A stretch of DNA of 64,000 nt, taken from Planctomycetota bacterium (GTDB lineage: Bacteria > Planctomycetota > Phycisphaerae > SM23-33). The stretch is taken from positions 23,381 to 87,380 of the forward strand of contig DAOVZK010000001.1 in NCBI GenBank assembly GCA_030635145.1. The letters are read 5' to 3'. Within the stretch, counting starts at the first letter, position 1, and each line of letters starts with the position of its first letter. The translations under genes and the position numbers were made by a program. Below are positions 36,419 to 45,888 of the stretch, piece by piece. A model generated the notes under the pieces. The model was not told the DNA's origin, did not search any database, and saw only the letters and a program-made list of their open reading frames with translations.

Positions 36419-37468
36419 CTAGGCGCCGCTGGGAAAAACGCGGTGAATTTCCAGTTGCGACCGCGGGCTTTCCGGCTGGGCGGTATGCCCCGAAAGATAC
36501 ATCGCGCCGATGGCAGCGTGAGTGAGCAGATTTTCTTCACCGGCGGCGATGCAGGTTTCCTCGTCGTTGCGAATCGCATCTACAAACCCCTGCACTTGGC
36601 GACAAAACAGCTCCCCCAGCGTCAGCGTATTTTCCATTCGCTCGATGATCTCCCCGTCCGGCCCGCGAAGCGTACATGCATCCGGGTTGACCGTAATCGA
36701 ACCACCCGTCCCGTGAATCACGAGCTGTTCGCTGACAGGCCCGGAAACCCGCGACGCCACCAGCGAGGCGATAACATTGTTGCGGTATCGCAGCGTAGCG
36801 ACGGTGCTGTCGTCGGTGTCGTGCGGTGGGTAGGCGGCATCACCACCGTTGGGCTTTTCACTTTCGCATGTAATTAAGGCGTAGACTTCTTCGGGAAGCC
36901 CCAGCATCCAGATCAGTAGGTCGGTGATGTGATATCCCAGTTCCAGCAACGCCCCACCCCCGGCAGAGAGCTTATCGCACCGCCATTTCAAATCCCCGCC
37001 CCAATTGAAAAGGTAATGCACGCGTGCGAGAAAAACCTCGCCGATTTTCGGCAGCAGTTTTTTTGCCTGCATGTAGGTTTCGCTGAAGCGCCGATGCGTG
37101 CCGACGGCGAGTTTCAATCCGGCGTCGTTGAATTGGTGTACCATTTCGACAGCCTCGCCGAGGTCGCGCCCCAGTGGAGCTTCCTTCCAGACATTCACGC
37201 CATTTTTCAAGCAGATGCCCAAAAGCTCCGGGGCTACCATCGGCGGGGTAGCGATGAAGCACGCGCGGGGTTTGGTTTTGAGGATCAGTTGGCGGGGATC
37301 GGTGTACGGTTCGACGCCGAGTTCGTTGGCGATCTGCTCACATTTATGCTGGTCGCAATCGCAAACGGCAACAAGGTCGGCGCCGACGCATTTCTTCAAC
37401 GCCGCCGCTGTCTGATATCCAAAATCGCCAAGTCCGATGACTACTACCGGGATATTTTCTTCGCTCAT
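36419..37468 (-). CDS. Gfo/Idh/MocA-family oxidoreductase
   Basis: IGLGDFG, ATPP, KEAP (EKP variant), GGGALLELGYH. Confidence 0.88.
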   Translation of the reverse strand: MSEENIPVVVIGLGDFGYQTAAALKKCVGADLVAVCDCDQHKCEQIANELGVEPYTDPRQLILKTKPRACFIATPPMVAPELLGICLKNGVNVWKEAPLGRDLGEAVEMVHQFNDAGLKLAVGTHRRFSETYMQAKKLLPKIGEVFLARVHYLFNWGGDLKWRCDKLSAGGGALLELGYHITDLLIWMLGLPEEVYALITCESEKPNGGDAAYPPHDTDDSTVATLRYRNNVIASLVASRVSGPVSEQLVIHGTGGSITVNPDACTLRGPDGEIIERMENTLTLGELFCRQVQGFVDAIRNDEETCIAAGEENLLTHAAIGAMYLSGHTAQPESPRSQLEIHRVFPSGA

Positions 37469-37531
37469 CGCAAACTCCCCAAGCAGTTTTTCGTTATACG
37501 CCACCGCATCATAGCCAATCCGCAGATCCGA

Positions 37532-37813
37532 TTAGTCAACTCGCGATGTAATCTCGATTAGGTGATACCCGAACTGCGTTTTGACGGGCCCGTGAATGAC
37601 ACCGACGGTTTCGCTGAAGACGACGACGTCAAATTCCTTGACCATTTGCCCGGGAGTAAACGATCCGAGGTCGCCACCGCTTTTACCCGACGGGCAATTG
37701 GAATGCTCTTTTGCCATGTCGGCGAAGTCGGCGCCGTCTGCGATTTTGACCTTGATGTCTTCGCACTGTTCTTCCGTGTCAACCAGAATATGCCTTGCCG
37801 TTGCTGATGCCAT
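37532..37813 (-). CDS. ppiC: Parvulin peptidyl-prolyl cis-trans isomerase
   Basis: ARHILV, HSNCPSG..GGDLG, QMVKEF, KTQFGYHLI. Confidence 0.96.
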   Translation of the reverse strand: MASATARHILVDTEEQCEDIKVKIADGADFADMAKEHSNCPSGKSGGDLGSFTPGQMVKEFDVVVFSETVGVIHGPVKTQFGYHLIEITSRVD

Positions 37814-38009
37814 GATTGTCTCCCGTCCGGATTTGTGAAATGCTCAACCCGGGAATTAAAATGCGAGGCTCTTAAACAAGCCTCTGAAAACATACACTAA
37901 CTTTCGCAAGACTAAGGTATTTGCCGGGTGCAGACAAGAAATTTCTCCCGGTCGCCGCCTGGCACTGGAGACAAGGGAAAGTAGCTGACGAGTGCGACGA
38001 AAGCAAACG

Positions 38010-40598
38010 CTACTCGCCGGATTTTTTTTCACCGTTGTCGCCGCCGTCATCAGTGATGATCTGCGGAGTGTAGGCGTCGTCGACGGGTGTGCCGTCGGTT
38101 TTGCAGATAGCTGCTTGCGGGTTGGCCTTTTCGTGGTTCAGCAGTTCGAGTTCGAGCTTTTTTTTCTTCTCATCGTCTAGCCCTGCCCAGGCCCCACGGC
38201 CTCGACATTTGGGATACTTCGAGCAGCTTAACCAAGGCCCACGTTTACCGCGCCGCAAATTCAATTGCTGGTCGCATTTCGTACACGGTAAATCCGTCAG
38301 CAGCGGAGGTGGTGATGGATGTTTGACGAAGCCCTTTTTGTCGAGGTTCACCACGCCCTTGCAGTCGGGATATTTCGGGCAGCTCAAAAACGGGCCGAAC
38401 CGGCCTTTGCGATAGGTCATCGCCTCGCCGCACAGCGGGCACGCGATGTCGGTGCGTTCCACGCCAGTGGGCTTGCCTTTGCGGTCAATCGGCAAGGCAG
38501 CCTTGCAGTCGGGATACTTCGTGCAGCTCAAAAATCGCCCGTTTTTCCCGAACCGATACTCCATCGGAGCCTTGCACTCGGGGCACTCGTACTCGCTGGG
38601 TTGAGTTTCGGCCTTGGCGTGCGTCATTTCCTCGGCGGCTTTTTCCAGCTGCGAGCTGAACGGCCCGTAAAATTCGCGAAGCACGGCCACCCAGTCGAGG
38701 TTCGCGGCTTCTACTTTGTCGAGTTCGTCTTCCATGTGCGCGGTGAAGCGCACCTGGAACAGCTCGGGAAAATGCTTCACAAGTTTATCCGTCACCACCA
38801 TACCAAGGTCGGTCGGATGAAAAACGCGTTTGATGATCTCGGCGTATTTGCGATCCTGAACTGTTTGTATGATGGCGGCGTAGGTACTGGGTCGTCCGAT
38901 ATTGTCGGCCTCGAGGGCCTTGACCAGCGACGCTTCGGTGTAGCGCGGGGGCGGCTGGGTAAAATGCTGCGTCGGGTCGATCGAAATCGGTGAAACGGGT
39001 TTGCCTTCTTGAAGCGGTGGCAGAATCTGGTCCCCGCCCGACGGTAAACCTGTTACGCGAAGGTGCCCGTCGAATCCGAGCGTTCTGCCCATGGCGCGTA
39101 AATTCGCAGTCCCGGTGGAGGTCTCTGCGACGATGTCGGCCTCGGTTACTTTCCAGACGGCCGGGGTCATCTGGCAGGCAACGAAGCGCTTCCAGATCAG
39201 CGTGTAAAGTTTCATCTGCTCTTCGTTGAGGGCCGATGCGATTTTTTCGGGCGTGCGCAACGGGTCGGTCGGGCGGATAGCTTCGTGGGCCTCCTGCGCG
39301 CGATTTCCCGACGAATACACGTTTGGTTTTCCGGGGAGGTAGTTCTCTCCGAAGTCGCGGGCGATCATCTCGCGAACATTCGTCACGGCCTCGGCGGAAA
39401 GATTCCGCGAATCGGTTCGCATGTAGGTAATCAGACCGGCCGTGCCTTCACCGGGAATGTCCATGCCCTCGTACAGCTGCTGGGCAACACGCATGGTGCG
39501 GCGGGCACCAAATCGCAACTGCACGCTTGCCGACTGCTGAAGCGTGGCCGTCGTAAACGGTGCGTAAGGTTTGCTTTTGCTGTCGCGCTGCCTCAACGAA
39601 GCAACCGTATACGTCGGAGCCTCACCGCCGATATGCGCAACAACGGTTACGCAATTGGCAGATGGGCCTTTGGCGTCTTCAACGGTTTTGCGGACGAGTT
39701 CGTCGACGCTCAAACCCAAAGCCTTTGCAACAGCGAGGGTCTGCTCTTCGTTGTCGACCTTAAAGCGATTACCGTCCCACTTGGCAAGCTCGGCGATGAA
39801 GGCACCGTGATCTGACAGCCATCTCTGGCGGGCGTCTTTGGTTGGTCCGTCGCCTTTTTCGTTTTTGGTTTCGAGGAATGCGGCGTACGCGCTGGTAATG
39901 CCGTCGGCCTTAGCGGCGTCGGGGGTGAAGATCGCGCTGATCTTCCAGTATTCTTCCGGCATGAAGGCGTCGATTTCGCGTTCGCGCTCGACGATCAGTC
40001 GCACGGCCACCGACTGCACGCGCCCGGCTGATAATCCACCGGCAACTTTTTTCCACAGTAGCGGGCTGACCTGATATCCGACGATCCTGTCAAGAATCCG
40101 CCGTGCCTGCTGAGCATTAACCATGTCCATGTCGATATCACGCGGATGAGCAAACGCATCAGTGATGGCCGACTTCGTAATTTCGTTGAAAACCACGCGA
40201 GTGGTCTTTTTCGGGTCGAGCTTCAAGCCCTGCGCAAGATGCCACGCAATGGCCTCGCCCTCGCGGTCAAGGTCAGTCGCCAGGAAAACCATCGGGGCGT
40301 CCTTGGCGTATTTGCGAAGCTCGGCGAGGGTCTTTTTTCCGCGGGCCAGCACTTCGTAGGTCGGAGCAAAGTCGTGCTCAAGGTCAACACCAGGAACGGG
40401 ATTCTTCACGCCCTTGGGGTTCCTAGGCGGAAGGTCACGAACGTGGCCCATCGAGGCCTTGACCACGAAATCCGTACCGAGGTACTTGTTTATGGTCTTG
40501 GCCTTGGCGGGAGATTCCACGACAACCAGGTTCTTACCTGCTTTCGCGGTTTTGCTGCCACTGGCGGCCTTAACTTTTTTCTTTGCTACTTTTGCCAT
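38010..40598 (-). CDS. topA: DNA topoisomerase I
   Basis: VESPAKAKTI, DLDREGE, SAGRVQS, ITYMRTD, QEAHEAIRPT, GRPSTY, three C-terminal Zn ribbons. Confidence 0.98.
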   Translation of the reverse strand: MAKVAKKKVKAASGSKTAKAGKNLVVVESPAKAKTINKYLGTDFVVKASMGHVRDLPPRNPKGVKNPVPGVDLEHDFAPTYEVLARGKKTLAELRKYAKDAPMVFLATDLDREGEAIAWHLAQGLKLDPKKTTRVVFNEITKSAITDAFAHPRDIDMDMVNAQQARRILDRIVGYQVSPLLWKKVAGGLSAGRVQSVAVRLIVEREREIDAFMPEEYWKISAIFTPDAAKADGITSAYAAFLETKNEKGDGPTKDARQRWLSDHGAFIAELAKWDGNRFKVDNEEQTLAVAKALGLSVDELVRKTVEDAKGPSANCVTVVAHIGGEAPTYTVASLRQRDSKSKPYAPFTTATLQQSASVQLRFGARRTMRVAQQLYEGMDIPGEGTAGLITYMRTDSRNLSAEAVTNVREMIARDFGENYLPGKPNVYSSGNRAQEAHEAIRPTDPLRTPEKIASALNEEQMKLYTLIWKRFVACQMTPAVWKVTEADIVAETSTGTANLRAMGRTLGFDGHLRVTGLPSGGDQILPPLQEGKPVSPISIDPTQHFTQPPPRYTEASLVKALEADNIGRPSTYAAIIQTVQDRKYAEIIKRVFHPTDLGMVVTDKLVKHFPELFQVRFTAHMEDELDKVEAANLDWVAVLREFYGPFSSQLEKAAEEMTHAKAETQPSEYECPECKAPMEYRFGKNGRFLSCTKYPDCKAALPIDRKGKPTGVERTDIACPLCGEAMTYRKGRFGPFLSCPKYPDCKGVVNLDKKGFVKHPSPPPLLTDLPCTKCDQQLNLRRGKRGPWLSCSKYPKCRGRGAWAGLDDEKKKKLELELLNHEKANPQAAICKTDGTPVDDAYTPQIITDDGGDNGEKKSGE

Positions 40599-40991
40599 TA
40601 ATCGTCCGTTTCCATGCCCCCGGGAATAATTCCCGAGTCAGAGGCTGCGACCTGCTATCTACATAAGGCACAGTATCCTCTTTAACGACCAAATCTTTGA
40701 TCGGGAGTAATGATTTTGGCGAATTTCTGAGATTGTCAAGGGGAATTTTTTACCGGCGATGGTAGCGGCAGGCATAACATGTTGCCACATAACCATTTAT
40801 GGTCGAGTAATTTTATAAGCCCATTTGAAAGATATTCCGCCGTGCTCGGTAAATATGGCCTTCCCGGCCGCGGGGGCTAATTTGGAGCAAGTTTGGGGCA
40901 CAGCGGGTGGGTTGTGAAATTTTTATCGCGATTACCCCCCCCGTGTGGTAAACTTTCGTGGGTTGATTTTCTCTTTTTCTGGAGATACCGA

Positions 40992-42014
40992 ATGGCCATT
41001 GGAGTAGCAGTAGTCGGGCTGGGCGGAATGGGTAACACCCACCTTCGGGGGTTGCTGCGCAGTAAGCGTGTCAACGTGGTGGCGGTCTGCGACCCGAACC
41101 CGGCCAAGCTGCGCGGTGATCTGCTGGGATCGCAAGTTGACGTTCACACGGGCGAAGTCGGGGTTGTCGACGTTGACAAAATCAAACGCTATGTCGACTT
41201 TATCGAGCTGCTGACCGATCCCGACGTAGAACTGATCGTACTGTGCGTTCCGACTTACCTCCACGCGAAAATGACCCGCCAGGCGCTGCAAAGCGGCAAG
41301 CATGTTTTCTGCGAAAAGCCCATGGCCCTGAATCGCAAAGAAACCGCAAGCATGTTGGACGCCGCCGAGAAAACCGGCAAAAAACTCATGATCGGGCAGT
41401 GCCTGCGATTTTGGCCTGAGTATATCCTGCTGAAAAACATGATCGACGACGGGCGGTTCGGAAAAGTTACCAGCGCCGTTTTCCGACGGTTCGGAGCGCT
41501 TCCCGACTGGTCGGGCGATGGGTGGATGAGTGATGTGAAAAAAAGCGGGTCAGCGGCCCTTTCGCTTCATATCCACGACACCGATACAGTTTTGTGGTTC
41601 TTCGGAAAACCCAAAGGCGTCACCTCGTTCGGATATGTCGAACGCGACGGTTCGGTGCATCACCTTATCACGAGCTATCGCTACAAAAATTTTCCCATGG
41701 TCTGTGCCGAGGGCGGATGGCTACCTGGCGACGTGCCGTTTACCATGACGGTGAAAATCGTTTTCGATCTTGCGACGGTGGAATACGACCTCAACAAGCA
41801 TCCGACAACGGTAATCTACCACGCAGACGGCACCGAAGAACCCGCCGACATCCCCAACGGTTACGGCCACGATGACGAACTGGCGTATTTCGTCAACTGC
41901 ATCGAGGAAGACATCCCCCCCCTGCAATGCCTCCCCGCCGACTCTGCCCTCTCGGTCAAAATCGTCGAAGCCGAAATCGAATCGGCAAAAAAACAAAAAT
42001 CCATCGACCTGTAA
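40992..42014 (+). CDS. Gfo/Idh/MocA-family oxidoreductase
   Basis: VGLGGMG, PTYLH, HVFCEKP, LRFWPEY, LHIHD; GGAG RBS. Confidence 0.92.
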   Translation: MAIGVAVVGLGGMGNTHLRGLLRSKRVNVVAVCDPNPAKLRGDLLGSQVDVHTGEVGVVDVDKIKRYVDFIELLTDPDVELIVLCVPTYLHAKMTRQALQSGKHVFCEKPMALNRKETASMLDAAEKTGKKLMIGQCLRFWPEYILLKNMIDDGRFGKVTSAVFRRFGALPDWSGDGWMSDVKKSGSAALSLHIHDTDTVLWFFGKPKGVTSFGYVERDGSVHHLITSYRYKNFPMVCAEGGWLPGDVPFTMTVKIVFDLATVEYDLNKHPTTVIYHADGTEEPADIPNGYGHDDELAYFVNCIEEDIPPLQCLPADSALSVKIVEAEIESAKKQKSIDL

Positions 42015-42073
42015 AAAGGTGGTGCAATGGCAGGACAAAAGCTTGGGCCGCATGAAAAATGTTTCTTGACCAC

Positions 42074-42102
42074 TTGACTTTTGTATATTCCAGGCATATA
42101 CT
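42074..42102 (+). promoter_or_regulatory. Sigma70 promoter and putative antitoxin operator
   Basis: TTGACT-17 bp-TATACT; inverted repeat GTATAT-N7-ATATAC (42083-42101) overlaps the -10. Confidence 0.7.
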
Positions 42103-42111
42103 TAATATATA

Positions 42112-42417
42112 ATGAACATATACAAAATCCTGCGAAACTGCACTGGTTTCCAGTGGGATGAGCACAATATTCGGAAGAACTGGGAAAAACACCAGGTAAC
42201 TCCGGTCGAATGTGAGCAGATATTTTTCAATCAGCCGTTGGTCGCCGCCGGTACTACAAAACACGCTCAGGACGAAATACGTTTTTACGCCCTGGGGCAT
42301 ACTGACACGCAAAGAAAGCTGTTTGCTGTATTCACGATCAGGGGGGCGTTAGTCAGAATTATTTCGATGCGTGACATGAGCAAAAAGGAACGAGAGCATT
42401 ATGAAAAATTCAGCTAA
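42112..42417 (+). CDS. brnT: BrnT-family ribonuclease toxin
   Basis: FQWDEHN..KNWEKH, E.R..ALG, VFTIR...RIISMR.MS.KER. Confidence 0.9.
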   Translation: MNIYKILRNCTGFQWDEHNIRKNWEKHQVTPVECEQIFFNQPLVAAGTTKHAQDEIRFYALGHTDTQRKLFAVFTIRGALVRIISMRDMSKKEREHYEKFS

Positions 42418-42685
42418 AAAGAAAATCCCCGAGTTCAGCTCGCCGGACGAGGAAAGAAAATTTTGGGCCGACCACGACTCCTCCGATTTCATAGATTGGA
42501 ATAAGGCAGAGCGGGTTGTATTGCCGAAACTCAAACCTTCCGTCAGAACAATTTCGATCAGGCTGCCGGAAATTATGATCGAAGAAATAAAAGTTCTTGC
42601 CAACCGACGAGATGTTCCGTATCAGTCTCTAATGAAGGTGTTTCTCGCGGAGCGAATCGAACAAGAGCTTCACAAGGTCTCGTAA
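42401..42685 (+). CDS. CopG/BrnA-type ribbon-helix-helix antitoxin
   Basis: IPEF.S..EE..FW..HD, TISIRL, VPYQSL; overlaps the brnT 3' end. Confidence 0.88.
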   Translation: MKNSAKKKIPEFSSPDEERKFWADHDSSDFIDWNKAERVVLPKLKPSVRTISIRLPEIMIEEIKVLANRRDVPYQSLMKVFLAERIEQELHKVS

Positions 42686-42704
42686 ACAGATAAAGGAACA
42701 AAAG

Positions 42705-43442
42705 ATGGCTGGTTTAGGTGTAAATATCGATCATGTTGCGACGGTGCGTCAGGCACGCCGCACGGTGGAACCCGATCCGATATGGGCGGCGGTGGAAGCC
42801 GAACTCGCCGGGGCAGACTGCATTACGTTTCATTTGCGCGCCGACCGGCGGCACATAAACGATCGCGACGCGATGTTGCTGAAGCAAACCGTGCACGGAC
42901 GGCTGAATATGGAAATGTCGATGGACGAAGAGATCGTCAAGATCGCCGAATCGCTCGCACCCGACCAAGCCACCCTCGTCCCAGAAAAGCGCGAAGAGGT
43001 CACCACCGAAGGCGGACTGGACGTTGTCGCCAGCGCCAAGCGCACAGCTGAGGTCACCGAGCGGCTGCGCGCAGTTGGTACGGTCGTCAGCGCGTTTATC
43101 GACCCCGAAAAATCGCAAATCACCGCCGCCAGCGACGCCGGATGCCAGGCAATCGAACTGCACACCGGATGCTACGCCAACGCCTATCTCCCACCCGACG
43201 GTGGCAAACCATCCGCCGACGAAATCGCACGCACGCTGGAAGAACTGCAAACCGGCCTGGCTGCGGGCCTAAACGCCGGGCTGATCGTTCATGGCGGACA
43301 TGGGCTGACATACAACAACGTCGCGCCGGTAGCAGAAATGGAAGGTTTCAGCGAGTTTAATATCGGGCACTCCATCATTGCCCGCGCGGTGTTCGTCGGG
43401 CTGCGCGATGCCGTCGCCGAAATGAAATTGCTGATTCTGTAA
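42705..43442 (+). CDS. pdxJ: Pyridoxine 5'-phosphate synthase
   Basis: LGVNIDHVATVRQAR, LVPEKREEVTTEGGL, IELHTG, GHGL, NIGHSII. Confidence 0.98.
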   Translation: MAGLGVNIDHVATVRQARRTVEPDPIWAAVEAELAGADCITFHLRADRRHINDRDAMLLKQTVHGRLNMEMSMDEEIVKIAESLAPDQATLVPEKREEVTTEGGLDVVASAKRTAEVTERLRAVGTVVSAFIDPEKSQITAASDAGCQAIELHTGCYANAYLPPDGGKPSADEIARTLEELQTGLAAGLNAGLIVHGGHGLTYNNVAPVAEMEGFSEFNIGHSIIARAVFVGLRDAVAEMKLLIL

Positions 43443-43462
43443 ACAGCATCGACAGGTCGTCC

Positions 43463-44098
43463 ATGCCCAGCACCAAACAACAGATCCACAAACTTACACC
43501 GCAGCAGCGCCGCCGTCGGAAAATTCTCCGCGGTGTCGTCGCGCTGGTCGTCGCCGTAACCATTGCAGGGCTGCTTGGGTTCGGGGATCGCATGGGGCTT
43601 TTCGGGCGATGGACCACCGAGCAGGATCTGGAGCGATACCACGACAAAACATTTCTCGTCGTCAAATCCGTCGACGGGGACACAATCGATATCGACATAC
43701 CCGACCAGAAAAACAATTACCGCACTACGCGGATTCGCCTTTGGGGCATCGACGCACCCGAAACGGTCAAGCCTGATCATCCAGTCCAGCACTTCGGTCA
43801 GGAGGCAAGCAGCTTCACCAAAACAGCGACGCTGAATAAGCATGTCCGTGTCGAACTGCTGCCGCACCGTACGCGCGGTAAATACGGTCGGGTGTTGGGG
43901 TACGTATATCTCCCCGACGGTACAATGCTCAACCGCCAACTGATCGCACGCGGTCTTGCCTACGCCTATCCTTACAACGACCATCCGCACGACGCCGAAT
44001 TTGAAAAACTTCAGCGGGAAGCTCGCAAAAACAAAATTGGGCTATGGAAAAACGTAAAAGACAAGGATTTGCCTTGGTATATCAAAAAACTGCGGTAG
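43463..44098 (+). CDS. Thermonuclease (SNase)-family protein, membrane-anchored
   Basis: TM helix, VDGDTI, IRLWGIDAPE, KYGRVLGYV, AR..K.GLW. Confidence 0.92.
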   Translation: MPSTKQQIHKLTPQQRRRRKILRGVVALVVAVTIAGLLGFGDRMGLFGRWTTEQDLERYHDKTFLVVKSVDGDTIDIDIPDQKNNYRTTRIRLWGIDAPETVKPDHPVQHFGQEASSFTKTATLNKHVRVELLPHRTRGKYGRVLGYVYLPDGTMLNRQLIARGLAYAYPYNDHPHDAEFEKLQREARKNKIGLWKNVKDKDLPWYIKKLR

Positions 44099-44153
44099 AA
44101 TCCCCGGTGAATAACGATCTGCTCGGAGCAGACATATTGCACAGGAATAAAAC

Positions 44154-45869
44154 GTGCCAGAACTTACAGACTATCTCGACAAAAAAACGCTACGGCAGGT
44201 GCAGGAGGTATTTTCCAAAATTACCGAACGCACAGTTCGCATCTGCGCCCGCGACGGCCAGCCGATTCTTACTCCGCAACCCGACGGGGCCGTTGAACCT
44301 GCCACAATCATTCCGAAGCAGGGAAAAGTTTCCGAGTCGAAGATCGCCAAGCTCGAACGGCAGACCCAGCAATCCAAATCGGCGACGATCGGCGACCTCG
44401 CGCGCAAAACTATCCGACGCGTAGCTAAGACCCCCGACCGGATTATGGAAATTCCCGTCATGCACGAACGTCGCACGATCGCGCTGCTGCGGTTGTATCC
44501 GTTTAACCCGTCGATGGAAACTAAAACGCCAGTCACGCGACTACCCGACGAGTTCCGCCGCAAACTCCTTCAGCTGATGTCGAACATGCTGGTGCGACTC
44601 TGCAAAGACGCCACCAGTCTGCGGAACAGAGTCGAGGAACTGCTGGCGTTTTACCGGGTCATGGCAAAATTCAACGAACAGCGCAGCCTCCAGCACACAC
44701 TCGATGTCATCACGAAAACTGTCGTCGATGTGATGAAGGCAAAGGCCTGCTCGGTGCGCCTGCTGCGTAAGGCCGGCAGCGAACTCGTCATCCGCGCCGT
44801 CTACAGCATCTCAAAAGACTACCTCGACAAACGGCCGATCCCGCTGTCGAAAAGCAAACTCGACACCGAAGCGCTTAACACCAACAAGGTCGTATACGTT
44901 CCCGATATGGCGAGCGATCCGCGAGTGGTGTACCCGCAGGATTCGCGCCGCGAAGGCTTAGTCAGCGGGCTGTGTGCACCGATGATCTACAAAGGCAAGC
45001 GTGTCGGCGTGCTGCGAGTATTTACCGGCAAGCTACACCAGTTTTCGTGGTTCGATAAGCAGTTGCTAATGGCAGTCGCCAGTGCCGCCGCAGCCGCGAT
45101 TGTTAACGCACGCCTTTACGAAGAGGCCGTCCAGTCGCTGGCGATCAAGCGGCAACTCGCCCAGGCCGGGGAAGTGCAGCGGCAAATGCTTCCGCGCAAG
45201 GCCCCGCAAATAGACGGGTTCGATATTCACGGGCAGTACATTCCCAGTTACGAGCTGGCGGGCGATTTTTTCGATTTCATTGAGCTTCCCGAAGACAATC
45301 TCGGAATCGCCGTCTGCGACGTAGTGGGCAAAGGCATACGAGCGTCGCTGCTGATGGCATCGATTCGCGCGAGCCTCCGCGCCCACGCACGCAACGTTTA
45401 CGACATGGCTGACCTGCTCGGCGAAGTCAATCGCGACCTCTGCGCCGACACCGTCTCCAGCGACTTTGCCACGATGTTTTACGGCGTGCTGAACCACAAA
45501 ACCAAACGGCTGACGTATTCCTGTGCCGGGCATATGCCGCCGATACTCGTGCGCGACGGAAAAATCGTGGAGATTGAAGCAAGAGGCGGAATGCTGGGTG
45601 TGCTGCCGGATATGAAATTTCCCAAAGGTGTCGTCGATCTGCAGTCGGGCGACGTTGTGCTTGCCTACACCGACGGGCTAAGCGAGGCGGTGAACTTCGC
45701 ACATGAAGAGTACGGCCGCGAGCGAATCGAAAAGGCTCTGCTCACAGCAGTCGGCGAAGGATACACCTCCGAGAATATTATCCGACACTGCCTGTGGGAT
45801 ATGCGACGATTCACGGGGCTGCACACGCTGCTCGACGACCGAACATTAGTCGTCATCAAAGTCGACTGA
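44154..45869 (+). CDS. RsbU/SpoIIE-type PP2C phosphatase with PocR-like and GAF domains
   Basis: N-terminus PocR-like, GAF (LCAPM...VGVL), C-terminal GDFFD, DVVGKG, YTDGLSE, DDRT. Confidence 0.9.
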   Translation: MPELTDYLDKKTLRQVQEVFSKITERTVRICARDGQPILTPQPDGAVEPATIIPKQGKVSESKIAKLERQTQQSKSATIGDLARKTIRRVAKTPDRIMEIPVMHERRTIALLRLYPFNPSMETKTPVTRLPDEFRRKLLQLMSNMLVRLCKDATSLRNRVEELLAFYRVMAKFNEQRSLQHTLDVITKTVVDVMKAKACSVRLLRKAGSELVIRAVYSISKDYLDKRPIPLSKSKLDTEALNTNKVVYVPDMASDPRVVYPQDSRREGLVSGLCAPMIYKGKRVGVLRVFTGKLHQFSWFDKQLLMAVASAAAAAIVNARLYEEAVQSLAIKRQLAQAGEVQRQMLPRKAPQIDGFDIHGQYIPSYELAGDFFDFIELPEDNLGIAVCDVVGKGIRASLLMASIRASLRAHARNVYDMADLLGEVNRDLCADTVSSDFATMFYGVLNHKTKRLTYSCAGHMPPILVRDGKIVEIEARGGMLGVLPDMKFPKGVVDLQSGDVVLAYTDGLSEAVNFAHEEYGRERIEKALLTAVGEGYTSENIIRHCLWDMRRFTGLHTLLDDRTLVVIKVD

Positions 45870-45888
45870 TCGGCAAAGCCGAATTTCA

